Source of the DNA: Candidatus Eiseniibacteriota bacterium
GTDB taxonomy: Bacteria; Eisenbacteria; RBG-16-71-46; JABDJR01
DNA length: 64,000 bases
Direction: 5' to 3'
Assembly: GCA_963762255.1 (NCBI GenBank)
Contig: CAVXKA010000002.1
Coordinates: 1,372,572 to 1,436,571 of the forward strand
The translations under genes were made by a program, and so were the position numbers. Shown here one piece after another: positions 1 through 9,376 of the stretch. The notes under the pieces were generated by a model. That model did not search any database. It was given only the letters and a program-made list of their open reading frames with translations, and was not told where the DNA came from. Numbering within the stretch: the stretch's first letter is position 1; each line of letters begins with the position of its first letter.

Positions 1-630
1 CTCTCCGCCGTAGGCGCTGTTGGCGATCAGCCCAAGCCGGGAGGCGAAGTTGAGCATGATGGCGGTATCGGTGCGGGTGCCGTCGACGCGCGGGTCCACC
101 TTGAACGAGGGTGCGGCGATCACCGTGAACTCGGGGACGTGCCGCTTGAGTTCGTCCTGATTGGGGATGGTGATGAACATGTTGCGCGCGAAGAGGCTGT
201 GCCAGGCCTTGGTGGTGATGATGCGGATCGGCATGCGGTATTCGGGATCCGCACCGACGTAGCAGTCCTGCACCCACACTTCCTCGCCCTGCATGAACGC
301 CTGGAGTCGCCCGAGAACGCTGTTGAACCCTCCCGGACTGGCCGGGCGGTTGTACTCGCCCCACCAGATCCGGTCCTCGTTCTCCGGCTCCCTGACGATG
401 TACTTGTCCGCAGCAGCCCGGGCGCTCCACTTTCCGGTGTTGACCAGGAAGGCACCGCCACGGACGAGGTGCCCCTCGTTGCGGAACACTGCCTCTTCGA
501 CCAGAGCCGAGTCGGGCAGATTCCAGTACACGCGGTCCAGGTGCTCCAAGCCGTGGTTGTTCAGCTTGAACTCGCTGGCCAGTTCGCCAGCCTGCTTGCT
601 TGCCGGAGTATCGAATTCGAGGTACTTCAC
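1..630 (-). CDS. pckA: Phosphoenolpyruvate carboxykinase (ATP), 5' part; runs off window
   Basis: Absent from the ORF track. Manual translation from GTG at 630 (GTGA overlap with the upstream stop): VKYLEF...VYWNLPDSALVEEAVFRNEG...NTGKWSARAAADKYIV...DCYVGADPEYRMPIRIITTKAWHSLFARNMFI...SAYGGE, typical of PckA. Confidence 0.9.
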   Translation of the reverse strand, partial: MKYLEFDTPASKQAGELASEFKLNNHGLEHLDRVYWNLPDSALVEEAVFRNEGHLVRGGAFLVNTGKWSARAAADKYIVREPENEDRIWWGEYNRPASPGGFNSVLGRLQAFMQGEEVWVQDCYVGADPEYRMPIRIITTKAWHSLFARNMFITIPNQDELKRHVPEFTVIAAPSFKVDPRVDGTRTDTAIMLNFASRLGLIANSAYGGE

Positions 631-1844
631 GCCCAATCCCTCACAAGCTTCCGGTTGCCTATGTACAGCTCGTTGGGCGCGTTCGGATCGAGCGCCCACT
701 TCATCCGCTCGACACCCTCGGTGACATCCTTGATCGAGCCGCAGTAGCTCATCCGCAGGTAGCCTTCCATGCCGAACTCGACGCCGGGAACCGTGACCAC
801 GAGCACCTTGTTGAGGAGGAACTCCGAGAGCTTGGTCGAGTTCTTGTTGTAGTGGCTGAAGTCGGCGAAGAGGTAGAACGTGCCGTCGGGCTTGGTCACC
901 CGCACGCCGTCGAACGCCTCCAGGCGCGACATCAGCACGTTGCGGTTGTTCTCCAGGGTGACCCGCAGGCTCTCCACCGAGGACTGGAGGCCGGCCAGGG
1001 CCGCCGCCGCCGCGTGCTGGAGGAGCGCGGAGGGGCCCGAGGTCTGGTGGCTCTGGATGTTAGTCATCGCCTCGATGAGTTTCTTGTTGGCCACCGCCCA
1101 GCCGATCCGGAACCCGGTCATGGCGTATTGCTTGGACACGCCGTTGATGATGATGAGCTTCGAGTTCTCCGTCTTGTCCTTGGCGAAGCTCCAGCAGTTG
1201 ATGGGCCGCCGGCCGTCGAAGATCAGCCGGTGGTAGATGTCGTCCATGATGAGGTAGAGGTCGCGCCGCTCGCAGAAGTCGACGATGTCGGCGATGAACT
1301 CGGCCGAGTACATGGCCCCCGAGGGGTTGTTGGGGCTGTTGATGATCACGACCCTGGTGTACGAGCCGACCTTCTCCTCGATGTCGCGGATCGTGGGATA
1401 GAAGGTTCCGTCCTCCGGGTAGACCGGCACGCCGATCGCGCCGCAGAGCTTGGCCATCTCGGGATAGCTCACCCAGTAGGGCGCCGGGTAGATCATCTCT
1501 TCCTGCGGGTTGAGGATGGCCTGCAGGGCGACCATGATGGACTGCTTGGCCCCGCCCGAGGCCATGACGTTCCACGGCGTCACCGGGCGGTCGTAGAATT
1601 CCTCTGTGTAGCGGATGATCGCCTGCTTGAGCGCGGGAGTGCCGTCGGCGGGCGTGTAGCGGACCTCGCCCGAGTTCAGCATCGCCGCCGCGGCGACCAG
1701 CGCGTCCATGGGAGGTTTGCTCTTCGGTTCGCCCCCCCCGAGATGAATGACCGGTTCCCCCTTGGCCCGCAAAATGGCCGCTTTCTCGTTCAGCTTGAGG
1801 GTGACCGATTCCCCGATGCTCCTGCCGATCAGACTGAGGCTCAT
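627..1844 (-). CDS. PLP-dependent class I aminotransferase (aspartate aminotransferase-like)
   Basis: NSPNNPSG, DDIYH, NGVSKQYAMTGFRIG (PLP lysine); start set at MSLSL. Confidence 0.92.
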   Translation of the reverse strand: MSLSLIGRSIGESVTLKLNEKAAILRAKGEPVIHLGGGEPKSKPPMDALVAAAAMLNSGEVRYTPADGTPALKQAIIRYTEEFYDRPVTPWNVMASGGAKQSIMVALQAILNPQEEMIYPAPYWVSYPEMAKLCGAIGVPVYPEDGTFYPTIRDIEEKVGSYTRVVIINSPNNPSGAMYSAEFIADIVDFCERRDLYLIMDDIYHRLIFDGRRPINCWSFAKDKTENSKLIIINGVSKQYAMTGFRIGWAVANKKLIEAMTNIQSHQTSGPSALLQHAAAAALAGLQSSVESLRVTLENNRNVLMSRLEAFDGVRVTKPDGTFYLFADFSHYNKNSTKLSEFLLNKVLVVTVPGVEFGMEGYLRMSYCGSIKDVTEGVERMKWALDPNAPNELYIGNRKLVRDWA

Positions 1845-1985
1845 GGCTTGCATTCCCCGCCGCTTCCAGGACCCAAAGCTACGCACACGCACGCCGACAG
1901 AGGACATCTAGGGTACCCGGCGACCCGAGGAACGTCAACACCGCCACCCGCCAAAATGGCTCACCACGTCCCCGAAAAGAAGCCG

Positions 1986-2038
1986 TTGACTTGGGCGGCG
2001 TCATGTTTCATCATTTCACTAATTCGCGAAATAGCGAA
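1986..2038 (+). promoter_or_regulatory. sigma70-like promoter plus probable ArsR operator
   Basis: TTGACT-17nt-CATCAT (1986-2014), then imperfect palindrome TTCACTAATTCGCGAAATAGCGAA (2015-2038). Confidence 0.55.
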
Positions 2039-2057
2039 CGAAGAAAGGAGCTGCGTT

Positions 2058-2408
2058 ATGCCCGCGCGCACGACCCGGACCGCGATCCCGCTCGCCGAGG
2101 CGATCGGCAAGCTGGAGCCGCTCGACGACCTCGCCGCGGTGTTCGCCTCGCTGGGAAGCGCGCCCCGGTTGCGGCTGCTCTTCCTCCTCTATCACGATCC
2201 GGACCTCACGGTCGGTGAACTGGCCCGAACGCTCGGGATCTCCATCTCCGGAGTCTCCGCGCACCTGCGAAGGCTGAAAGAAGCCAAGCTCGTCTCCTGC
2301 CGGAGAGACGGGCAGACGATCTGCTGCACGCTCGCGTCGGGCAGCCGGCACATCCGGGCCCTGCGGGCGATGTTCCGGGAGATCACCCGGGATACAGGCT
2401 GCTGTTGA
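2058..2408 (+). CDS. arsR: ArsR/SmtB family repressor
   Basis: FASLGSAPRLRLL...LTVGELARTLGISISGVSAHLRRLKEAKLV wHTH; C-terminal GCC; only the 3' part of track ORF 600..2408 is real. Confidence 0.85.
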   Translation: MPARTTRTAIPLAEAIGKLEPLDDLAAVFASLGSAPRLRLLFLLYHDPDLTVGELARTLGISISGVSAHLRRLKEAKLVSCRRDGQTICCTLASGSRHIRALRAMFREITRDTGCC

Positions 2409-2431
2409 ACCTCTTCGAAGGGAGACTCTCC

Positions 2432-3253
2432 ATGGAATCCAAAGACGTTCGGGATGCGGTGCGCGACGCCTACGGTCGCATCGCGGAGAAGACCTCAAGC
2501 GCAAGCGCCTGCGGGTGCGGCCCGTCGTGCTGCGGGGGGGGCAGTGCCGACGCCTTCGCGCGCGGCCTGGGCTACGCCGAGGCGGATCTCGCTTCGCTGC
2601 CCGAGGGCGCCAACCTCGGGCTCTCCTGCGGCAACCCCACCGCCCTCGCCTCTCTGCGCGAGGGAGAGGTCGTGCTCGACCTGGGAAGCGGCGCCGGGCT
2701 GGACGTCTTCATCGCCGCGCGCGCGGTGAAGGCGACCGGTCGCGTCATCGGCGTGGACATGACGCCGGAAATGATCTCCAAGGCCCGCGCGAACGCGGCC
2801 CGCGCCGGACTCGAGAACGTCGAATTCCGTCTCGGCGAGATCGAGAACCTCCCCGTGGCCGACGCCTCGGTCGATGTCGTCATCTCCAACTGCGTGATCA
2901 ACCTCTCTCCGGACAAGGAGCGTGTATTCCGCGAGATCGCCCGCGTGCTCAAGCCGGGCGGGCGGGTTGCCGTCTCCGACATGGCGCTGCTCCGTCCGTT
3001 GCCGGAGAGCGTGCGCGCGGAGATTCTGGCCTATGTGGGCTGCGTAGCGGGGGCCGTCCTGATCGACGAAACCATCGCCCAGCTGCGCGCGGCGGGGTTC
3101 ACCGACATCGCCGTGGAGCCCAAACCCGGTGCGAGCATCCTCGACGACGTGCAGGATCCGCTCTATCGCCTGGTCCGGGACAAGCTTCCGGAGAACACCG
3201 GCCCGGAGGATTACGTCGTGAGCGTGAACGTGCGGGCGGTGCGCCCGCTCTGA
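2432..3253 (+). CDS. arsM: Arsenite S-adenosylmethionine methyltransferase
   Basis: N-terminal [40 protein letters not shown]; follows arsR. Confidence 0.9.
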   Translation: MESKDVRDAVRDAYGRIAEKTSSASACGCGPSCCGGGSADAFARGLGYAEADLASLPEGANLGLSCGNPTALASLREGEVVLDLGSGAGLDVFIAARAVKATGRVIGVDMTPEMISKARANAARAGLENVEFRLGEIENLPVADASVDVVISNCVINLSPDKERVFREIARVLKPGGRVAVSDMALLRPLPESVRAEILAYVGCVAGAVLIDETIAQLRAAGFTDIAVEPKPGASILDDVQDPLYRLVRDKLPENTGPEDYVVSVNVRAVRPL

Positions 3254-3257
3254 GCCG

Positions 3258-3695
3258 TCACCTCCGCCGGAAACTCCAGAGCTTGTTGGCGACGAAGTTG
3301 ATCGGCGTCACGGCGGCAATCGCGACGAGTTGGCTCGGATTGGGCCCGAAGTGGAACCGCTGCAGGCAGATCGAGAAGACGATCAGGTTGGCGGCGTAGG
3401 CAAGCAAGCTCACCGTGAAGAACTTGGGTAGCTCGCGACGCACCGCCCCGCTGGAGCGGAACGTCCATCGACGATTCAGCGTGTAGTTTGTGAGGACGGA
3501 GACCACAAAGCCGAGGGCGTTGGCGGCGTACTTGGCTTCGAGCCCGGTGTGCCCGTGGAGAGAGTTCCACGCGAGGAGCGTCAGGTTGAACACGGCCAGG
3601 TTCACCAGAACGCCGCTCGCGCCCACCAGTCCGAACTTCACGAACTCGCGCAGACCCCGACTTCGCTCCGGCCAAGGCCCCGCTTGTTGCGTCAC
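3258..3695 (-). CDS. GtrA family flippase-like membrane protein
   Basis: EFVKFGLVGASGVLVNL...NYTLNRRWTF...NFVANKLWSF; GTG start after a G-rich RBS. Confidence 0.88.
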   Translation of the reverse strand: MTQQAGPWPERSRGLREFVKFGLVGASGVLVNLAVFNLTLLAWNSLHGHTGLEAKYAANALGFVVSVLTNYTLNRRWTFRSSGAVRRELPKFFTVSLLAYAANLIVFSICLQRFHFGPNPSQLVAIAAVTPINFVANKLWSFRRR

Positions 3696-4328
3696 GCGAT
3701 CATCCCCCCCGGTGGCCGACTGCAGTCGCCGGAGGGGATGATACGCGAACTCCGCCCGAGCGGTCCTACGCGCTGAGGATCGCCTCAGCCTCCTTCTTGT
3801 CCACGTCCAGGATGTACTCGATCCCGGAGATCCGCGCCGCGTCCTGGGTGAGGGCGGCAAGGTCCCCGCGGTCGATGTACTGGCACGCGAACTTACGGCT
3901 CCCCGCCATGAGCTGGCGCAGCCCCTGGGCCAACCGCTCGTAGTACGTGTACAGGCCGATGGCGCCGGTCGGCAACCGCTCGAACTCCGCGTCGCCCAGT
4001 TCACGACGCAGCTCGGCGGCGGTGACGAAGATCTCGTCCTTGGTGGTCCCGAAGCGCTCTACGTAGACCGGGATCACCCCCTGGTCGATGGTCCGGCCGA
4101 TCGTCTTGCCCACCATGACCGCGGCGATGGGGCCACGAGCCATGCCGACCAGCTTCACGAACGGCGCCCCCATGGCGAGACCCTTGAAGATCTGATCCTC
4201 GAAGGTGAACCCCCCCGCCACCGCCAGCGGCGGAACGTACTGCTTGCGGTCGGCGAGCTGCTTGGCGTAGCCGTAGAGGAGCGAGTGCAGCTCGACCGGC
4301 GGCACCCCCCACTCGTTCATCATCCGCC
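3631..4328. repeat. Direct repeat copy A of 6972..7670 (3' end of GltB-domain gene, spacer and gtrA 5' end)
   Basis: Near-identical to 6972..7670 (offset ~3342) with at least four substitutions; 4328..4371 matches 8223..8266. Confidence 0.95.
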
Positions 4329-4371
4329 CATGCCCACCACGTTCTCGCCGATGGTCAGACCCGTGCCGGCG
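3766..4371 (-). pseudogene. Truncated, internally deleted duplicate of the glutamate-synthase-like gene 7108..8691
   Basis: C-terminal part nearly identical (RMMNEWGVPP...EAEAILSA); no native N-terminus; ~550 nt internal deletion. Confidence 0.9.
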
Positions 4372-4397
4372 GCAGTCTCTCTCTTGAAGGTCCTCGC

Positions 4398-4426
4398 TTG
4401 ACATGGTGGAGTTGACGGCGTATACA
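4398..4426 (+). promoter_or_regulatory. Candidate sigma70 promoter for the GT cassette
   Basis: TTGACA-17nt-TATACA; small palindrome ATACATCATGTAT just downstream. Confidence 0.4.
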
Positions 4427-4487
4427 TACATCATGTATTCAGTTCTAGGTCGCCTCTGACGGATTGATCCTGCGCACGGCCTATACT

Positions 4488-5747
4488 ATGAGATGCCTTC
4501 TTCATCACGGCGTTCGGCACACAGTGTTTGCGACCTTCAAGAATCGCCCTTACTTGGCTCTTCTAGTCGCCGGGTTGGCAATTCATTTGCTGTCTATCCC
4601 CCTACTCCGACTCGACCCGCTGGGGGGCGACGCTGCCCAGTTCAACAATGAAGCCAACAACATTCTCGACGGCGTGGGGTGGATAAACACCGAAGGCCCG
4701 GGACAAGCAACGATGACCTATCCGGCCCAGGTCGTGTTTCTCCTTGTATGCAAGACCCTCTTCGGCAGAGACGCCTACGTCTTTCCGGTGATCTTACAAC
4801 ACCTCTTCGTGCTCCTCACGGGCTTGACGGTGTATCGACTCGCGCTGGGCGCGCGGATGCCCAAGACCGTCGCGCTCTTGGCCGAGGGGGTCGTCGTTTT
4901 CTTTCCTCACATGTTGTATTGGGCGAACGTGCTCATCTCACACACTTTGGGAATGTTCCTGAGCGTACTCGGCGTCTTCCTGCTGATGAAGAGGCCAACG
5001 CGGATCTTGGCGTATGCGGGGATTGGTCTCGTGTGGGGAGCGGCGACGATGGCCCGGTTTTCTTACCAATACTTCGTTCCGCTGTGGATAGCCACGATGA
5101 TCGTCGGCGAGCTTCTCGTCAGAAAGCGGTTGTCTCGGAACAACCTGCTGAGAAGTGCGCTTCTACTGGTCGGATTTCTCGTCGTGCTCACCCCATGGAA
5201 CTACAGAGTGCACAAGTACGAGGGAGGAACGTCCGGGTACACCGAAGCCTGGCGAATCTGCTATTCCTTCAACCGGCCGCCGGGTCTCCGCGGCGACATA
5301 CAGGATGATTTCCAGATCTCTCTGATGAAGGACAGCACGCTGACGCGTGCTGACAGGGAGGCGATCTACAGGGAGAAAGTGCTTCAGAACCTCCGAGAGC
5401 ATCCCAAGTGGTTCATCAACAACTGGCTCAGCAATCTCAGTTGGCTCCTGGTCAATGTGTCTACGCAGGGGCGGCCTCACTATGCGGTCTACGCGGCCAT
5501 TTATTACAGCATGCTTCTCACGCTGGCGCTCGCCGGGCTGCTATCGCTTACTAGGTCTCAGCACGCTCACTTCCTGCCGGCATATGTTTTCGCCGTGGAG
5601 CTGTTTGCTGTGCACGTCCCGATCTACGGCTACCTTGCTAATTCGTTTCCCGTGTGGGCGCTCTTCGCGCCGATCGTCGCCACAGGGGCGACTATTTCTT
5701 TCCGCGCCGCTTCGGAGCAAAGAAGAGGCTTGAATGGAGTCGATTGA
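4488..5747 (+). CDS. GT-C fold (ArnT/PMT-like) polytopic membrane glycosyltransferase
   Basis: About 11 hydrophobic segments; GDAAQF in first loop; YP motif; LTPW motif; start uncertain. Confidence 0.7.
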   Translation: MRCLLHHGVRHTVFATFKNRPYLALLVAGLAIHLLSIPLLRLDPLGGDAAQFNNEANNILDGVGWINTEGPGQATMTYPAQVVFLLVCKTLFGRDAYVFPVILQHLFVLLTGLTVYRLALGARMPKTVALLAEGVVVFFPHMLYWANVLISHTLGMFLSVLGVFLLMKRPTRILAYAGIGLVWGAATMARFSYQYFVPLWIATMIVGELLVRKRLSRNNLLRSALLLVGFLVVLTPWNYRVHKYEGGTSGYTEAWRICYSFNRPPGLRGDIQDDFQISLMKDSTLTRADREAIYREKVLQNLREHPKWFINNWLSNLSWLLVNVSTQGRPHYAVYAAIYYSMLLTLALAGLLSLTRSQHAHFLPAYVFAVELFAVHVPIYGYLANSFPVWALFAPIVATGATISFRAASEQRRGLNGVD

Positions 5748-6723
5748 CCACGCCCGGTCACGCATCGCCGTGGTGATTCCCTGCTACCGCGTGAAGGACA
5801 AAGTCCTGGGAGTCATCGAGGCGATCGGCCCCGAGATCGACTCCATCATTTGCGTTGACGACGCCTGTCCGGAGGAGTCCGGGGCTTTCATCAGCGAACA
5901 AACCACCGATCCGAGAGTGATTGTCCTTCAACATGAGAAGAACCAGGGCGTCGGCGGAGCGACCCTCACCGGCTACGCCTACGCCCTTTCGCTAGACATG
6001 GAGATCGTCGTCAAAGTCGACGGCGACGGCCAGATGGACCCCGCACTGGTTCCCTTTTTCGTGGATCCGATCGTCAGAGGGGAAGCCGACTACACCAAGG
6101 GCAACCGCTTCACTCGCCCGGAGGATCTCGAAGGGATGCCCCGGATCCGGCTGTTGGGCAATTCCCTCCTTTCGTTCATGGCGAAGCTCTCGACGGGATA
6201 CTGGAGGCACCTGGATCCGACAAACGGCTACACGGCCGTGCACGCGTCGATACTGAGCAGGCTCCCGCTCAACCGACTGAGCAAGAGCTACTTCTTCGAA
6301 ACGGACATGCTGTTCCAGTTGCGGATCATCGATGCGTGTGTTTGGGACATCCCCATGGCCGCCCGTTATGCGGACGAGAAGAGCAGTCTGAAATGGTTCA
6401 AAGTGGCTCCTCTTTTCCTGAGAAGACACATACGAAACTGTCTGGTCAGGATCTTCTACCTCTATGTCTTGCGCGATTTCAACCTGGCGACGCTGCAGTT
6501 GGTGACGGGAGTCCCGTTGCTCCTCTTCGGAGTGATCTTTGGACTGGTGAGGTGGCACCAAAGCAGCGCGACCGGCTTGGCCGCCTCGGCCGGGTCGGTC
6601 ATGCTCGCCGCCTTGCCCGTGTTGGTGGGCATACAGCTGATATTGAGCTTCCTCAGCTACGATATGAGCAGCGCACCGACACATCCGATCAGCAGGTTGG
6701 TTCCAAGGAACTCGCCGAAGTAG
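5734..6723 (+). CDS. GT2 polyprenol-phosphate glycosyltransferase (DPM1/GtrB-like)
   Basis: VVIPCY, VDDACPE, KVDGDGQMDP, KGNRF, DPTNGY, FETDML, two C-terminal TM helices. Confidence 0.9.
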   Translation: MESIDHARSRIAVVIPCYRVKDKVLGVIEAIGPEIDSIICVDDACPEESGAFISEQTTDPRVIVLQHEKNQGVGGATLTGYAYALSLDMEIVVKVDGDGQMDPALVPFFVDPIVRGEADYTKGNRFTRPEDLEGMPRIRLLGNSLLSFMAKLSTGYWRHLDPTNGYTAVHASILSRLPLNRLSKSYFFETDMLFQLRIIDACVWDIPMAARYADEKSSLKWFKVAPLFLRRHIRNCLVRIFYLYVLRDFNLATLQLVTGVPLLLFGVIFGLVRWHQSSATGLAASAGSVMLAALPVLVGIQLILSFLSYDMSSAPTHPISRLVPRNSPK

Positions 6724-6971
6724 CAGCTTCGGCGCGCCATGGGCAGGGCGGCCTGGTTGGCGAGCCGGCGCGCAGCTCGGTCCGCGCAGCGCCCCCGGCC
6801 GTCCGCCCAGGGGCCTCCGAATTGCGAGACGGCATCGAGGGGACCCCGCGAGGAGGATCCGGTCGCCCTGCTCCATGATGCGACAGGCGCCAGGGATGGA
6901 TGATCCAACGCACGGTTGTAGGTATGGAGCGTGGGCGCCTCCGACAGATCCGTGGCGAGGATGAGGTCAGC

Positions 6972-7670
6972 CCGAACATCACGAACTCGCGCAGGCTCCG
7001 ACTCCGCTCCGGCCGAACGCCCTGCCTGTTGCGTCACGCGATCATCCCCCCCGGTGGCCGACTGCAGTCGCCGGAGGGGATGATACGCGAACTCCGCCCG
7101 AGCGGTCCTACGCGCTGAGGATCGCCTCAGCCTCCTTCTTGTCCACGTCCAGGATGTACTCGATCCCGGAGATCCGCGCCGCGTCCTGGGTGAGGGCGGC
7201 AAGGTCCCCGCGGTCGATGTACTGGCACGCGAACTTCCGGCTCCCCGCCATGAGCTGGCGCAGCCCCTGGGCCAACCGCTCGTAGTACGTGTACAGGCCG
7301 ATAGCGCCGGTCGGCAACCGCTCGAACTCCGCGTCGCCCAGTTCACGACGCAGATCGGCGGCGGTGACGAAGATCTCGTCCTTGGTGGTCCCGAAGCGCT
7401 CTACGTAGACCGGGATCACCCCCTGGTCGATGGTCCGGCCGATCGTCTTGCCCACCATGACCGCGGCGATGGGGCCGCGAGCCATGCCGACCAGCTTCAC
7501 GAACGGCGCCCCCATGGCGAGACCCTTGAAGATCTGATCCTCGAAGGTGAACCCCCCCGCCACCGCCAGCGGCGGAACGTACTGCTTGCGGTCGGCGAGC
7601 TGCTTGGCGTAGCCGTAGAGGAGCGAGTGCAGCTCGACCGGCGGCACCCCCCACTCGTTCATCATCCGCC
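6972..7670. repeat. Direct repeat copy B, with a degenerate gtrA start
   Basis: Matches 3631..4328; the gtrA-like part (6972-7035) is more diverged and then breaks off. Confidence 0.95.
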
Positions 7671-8691
7671 ACGGGCTCATCCCGGTGCCGCCGCCGGCGC
7701 CGTCCACCGTGAGCAGGTCGATCTTGTACTTGGAGGACCACTTGATGGCGCGGGCCAGGTCCGCGGGCCGGTACGCGCCGGTCTTCAAGAACACGTACTT
7801 GGCGCCGGCCTTGCGCAGCTCCGCAACCCGGGTGGCGAATCCCTCTTCGTCCACCATCCCGACGCGCGAGTGACGCTCGAACTCGGTGAACGCGCCGTGC
7901 TCGTAGGCCTGGATCACGTGCGGATCGGTCGGGTTGGGGAGCACGATGTAGCCGCGCTTGTGGAGGAGTTGGGCCTTGGCGAGATCCCGGATCTTCACCT
8001 CGCCCCCGATGTCCTTCGCCCCCTGGCCCCACTTCAGCTCCACCACCTCGACGCCGAGCTTCTCGATGGCGTACTCCTGCGCGCCGAGCCGCGTGTCCTC
8101 GACGTTGGCCTGCACCACGATCGCACCGTACCCGTCGCGCTGGTTCTCCTTGTACAGCCGGACGCGGTTCTTGAGATCCACCGTGTCGACAACGCGACCG
8201 TCCTTGATCTTCGCCTCCGGGTCCATGCCCACCACGTTCTCGCCGATGGTCAGACCCGTGCCGGCGAGGGCGGAGCCGATGGCGATGCCGTCCCAGTTGT
8301 TCTTGGCCACGTTGGTGGAGCCGATCCCGGGGATGATCCACGGGAGGCGGAACTTGATGCCCCGGTCGTGGCCGATCACGACCTCCAGGTTGACCTTCGG
8401 GAAGATCGCCTTGTCGGAATCCGCTGGAATTCCGTGGGCGCCGACGGCGGTGCCCATGATGTTGAAGTGGGAGTAGTCGACCGGATAGTCCTTCTCCGCC
8501 GCGGTCGTGATCACACCGAACGGCTGCGGGTAGATGACCTCGTGGCCGCGGTACGCGGACTTGCCGATCTCGCACATGCCGACGCAGCCGTCCACGCAAG
8601 TCACGCACATCCCCGAGGCGGGGACGATCGACGCTTCGGTGCGGTTCTTGGTGAGGGTTGCCGCCGATGAGTTGGTTCTGGACAGGGACAT
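7108..8691 (-). CDS. Stand-alone glutamate synthase FMN-binding domain protein (GltB domain 2-like)
   Basis: N-terminal CVTCVDGCVGMC, ELKWGQGAKDIGGE, TVDGAGGGTGMSP, AGGF; no glutamine amidotransferase domain. Confidence 0.85.
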   Translation of the reverse strand: MSLSRTNSSAATLTKNRTEASIVPASGMCVTCVDGCVGMCEIGKSAYRGHEVIYPQPFGVITTAAEKDYPVDYSHFNIMGTAVGAHGIPADSDKAIFPKVNLEVVIGHDRGIKFRLPWIIPGIGSTNVAKNNWDGIAIGSALAGTGLTIGENVVGMDPEAKIKDGRVVDTVDLKNRVRLYKENQRDGYGAIVVQANVEDTRLGAQEYAIEKLGVEVVELKWGQGAKDIGGEVKIRDLAKAQLLHKRGYIVLPNPTDPHVIQAYEHGAFTEFERHSRVGMVDEEGFATRVAELRKAGAKYVFLKTGAYRPADLARAIKWSSKYKIDLLTVDGAGGGTGMSPWRMMNEWGVPPVELHSLLYGYAKQLADRKQYVPPLAVAGGFTFEDQIFKGLAMGAPFVKLVGMARGPIAAVMVGKTIGRTIDQGVIPVYVERFGTTKDEIFVTAADLRRELGDAEFERLPTGAIGLYTYYERLAQGLRQLMAGSRKFACQYIDRGDLAALTQDAARISGIEYILDVDKKEAEAILSA

Positions 8692-8701
8692 GGTGTCCTC
8701 C

Positions 8702-9376
8702 TTAGCGCTTTGTCTCGCAGGCCACGCAGGGTTTCATATAGCACATCATGTCGTCGAACTGCTCCTTCTCGAGGCAGGGCGGCGACAGGTTGGCGCAACC
8801 GCCACAGATCGCTTTGTCGGGTTCGCTGTAGGTGCAGCGCAATTGACAGGCGGGGCAGACGTAGATGCAGGCGCCGCACTGGCGGCACACCTCCGAGTGC
8901 TTATCGAACGGAGTGCCGACCCGTCGGTGCTCGCCGCGACCGGCGAAACCGATGGCCCCCGCCGCCATCTGCTCCGAGCACATGCGCACGCAGAGCCCGC
9001 ACAGGATGCAGTCGTCGTGCTCCTGGCGGAAGCGCTGCTGGCGGACATTGTGCTCGGACGCCAGATCCTGGATCACCTTTGACTGGGGACAGGAAGCCAG
9101 CAGCAGCTCGAGGATCATCTTGCGCGCCTGCACCACCCGAGCCGACGCGGTGCGCACCTTCAAGCCCTCCTCGACCGGGTAGGTGCAGGAGGTGACCAGC
9201 TTCGACTTGGGACCCTCGCCGATTTCCACCACGCAGAGCCGGCAGGCGCCGTACGGCGTGAGCCCCTCCATGTGGCAGAGCGTGGGGATCGGGAAGCCCA
9301 GGAACTGGGCCGCCTCGAGCACGGTGGTGCCGCGCTCGACCGTGGTTTCCAGCCCGTTCACGGTGATCTTCATCAT
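8702..9376 (-). CDS. 2Fe-2S/4Fe-4S protein (NuoG/HydA N-terminal-like)
   Basis: IPTLCH...GACRLCVVE...SC, CILCGLCVRMC, CRQCGACIYVCP, extra Cys-rich tail. Confidence 0.88.
   Translation of the reverse strand: MMKITVNGLETTVERGTTVLEAAQFLGFPIPTLCHMEGLTPYGACRLCVVEIGEGPKSKLVTSCTYPVEEGLKVRTASARVVQARKMILELLLASCPQSKVIQDLASEHNVRQQRFRQEHDDCILCGLCVRMCSEQMAAGAIGFAGRGEHRRVGTPFDKHSEVCRQCGACIYVCPACQLRCTYSEPDKAICGGCANLSPPCLEKEQFDDMMCYMKPCVACETKR

Noticed and set aside
600-2057. 602 aa ORF suggesting a large ArsR fusion
   Set aside because: The N-terminal part is antisense to the aminotransferase; arsR has its own RBS and ATG at 2058
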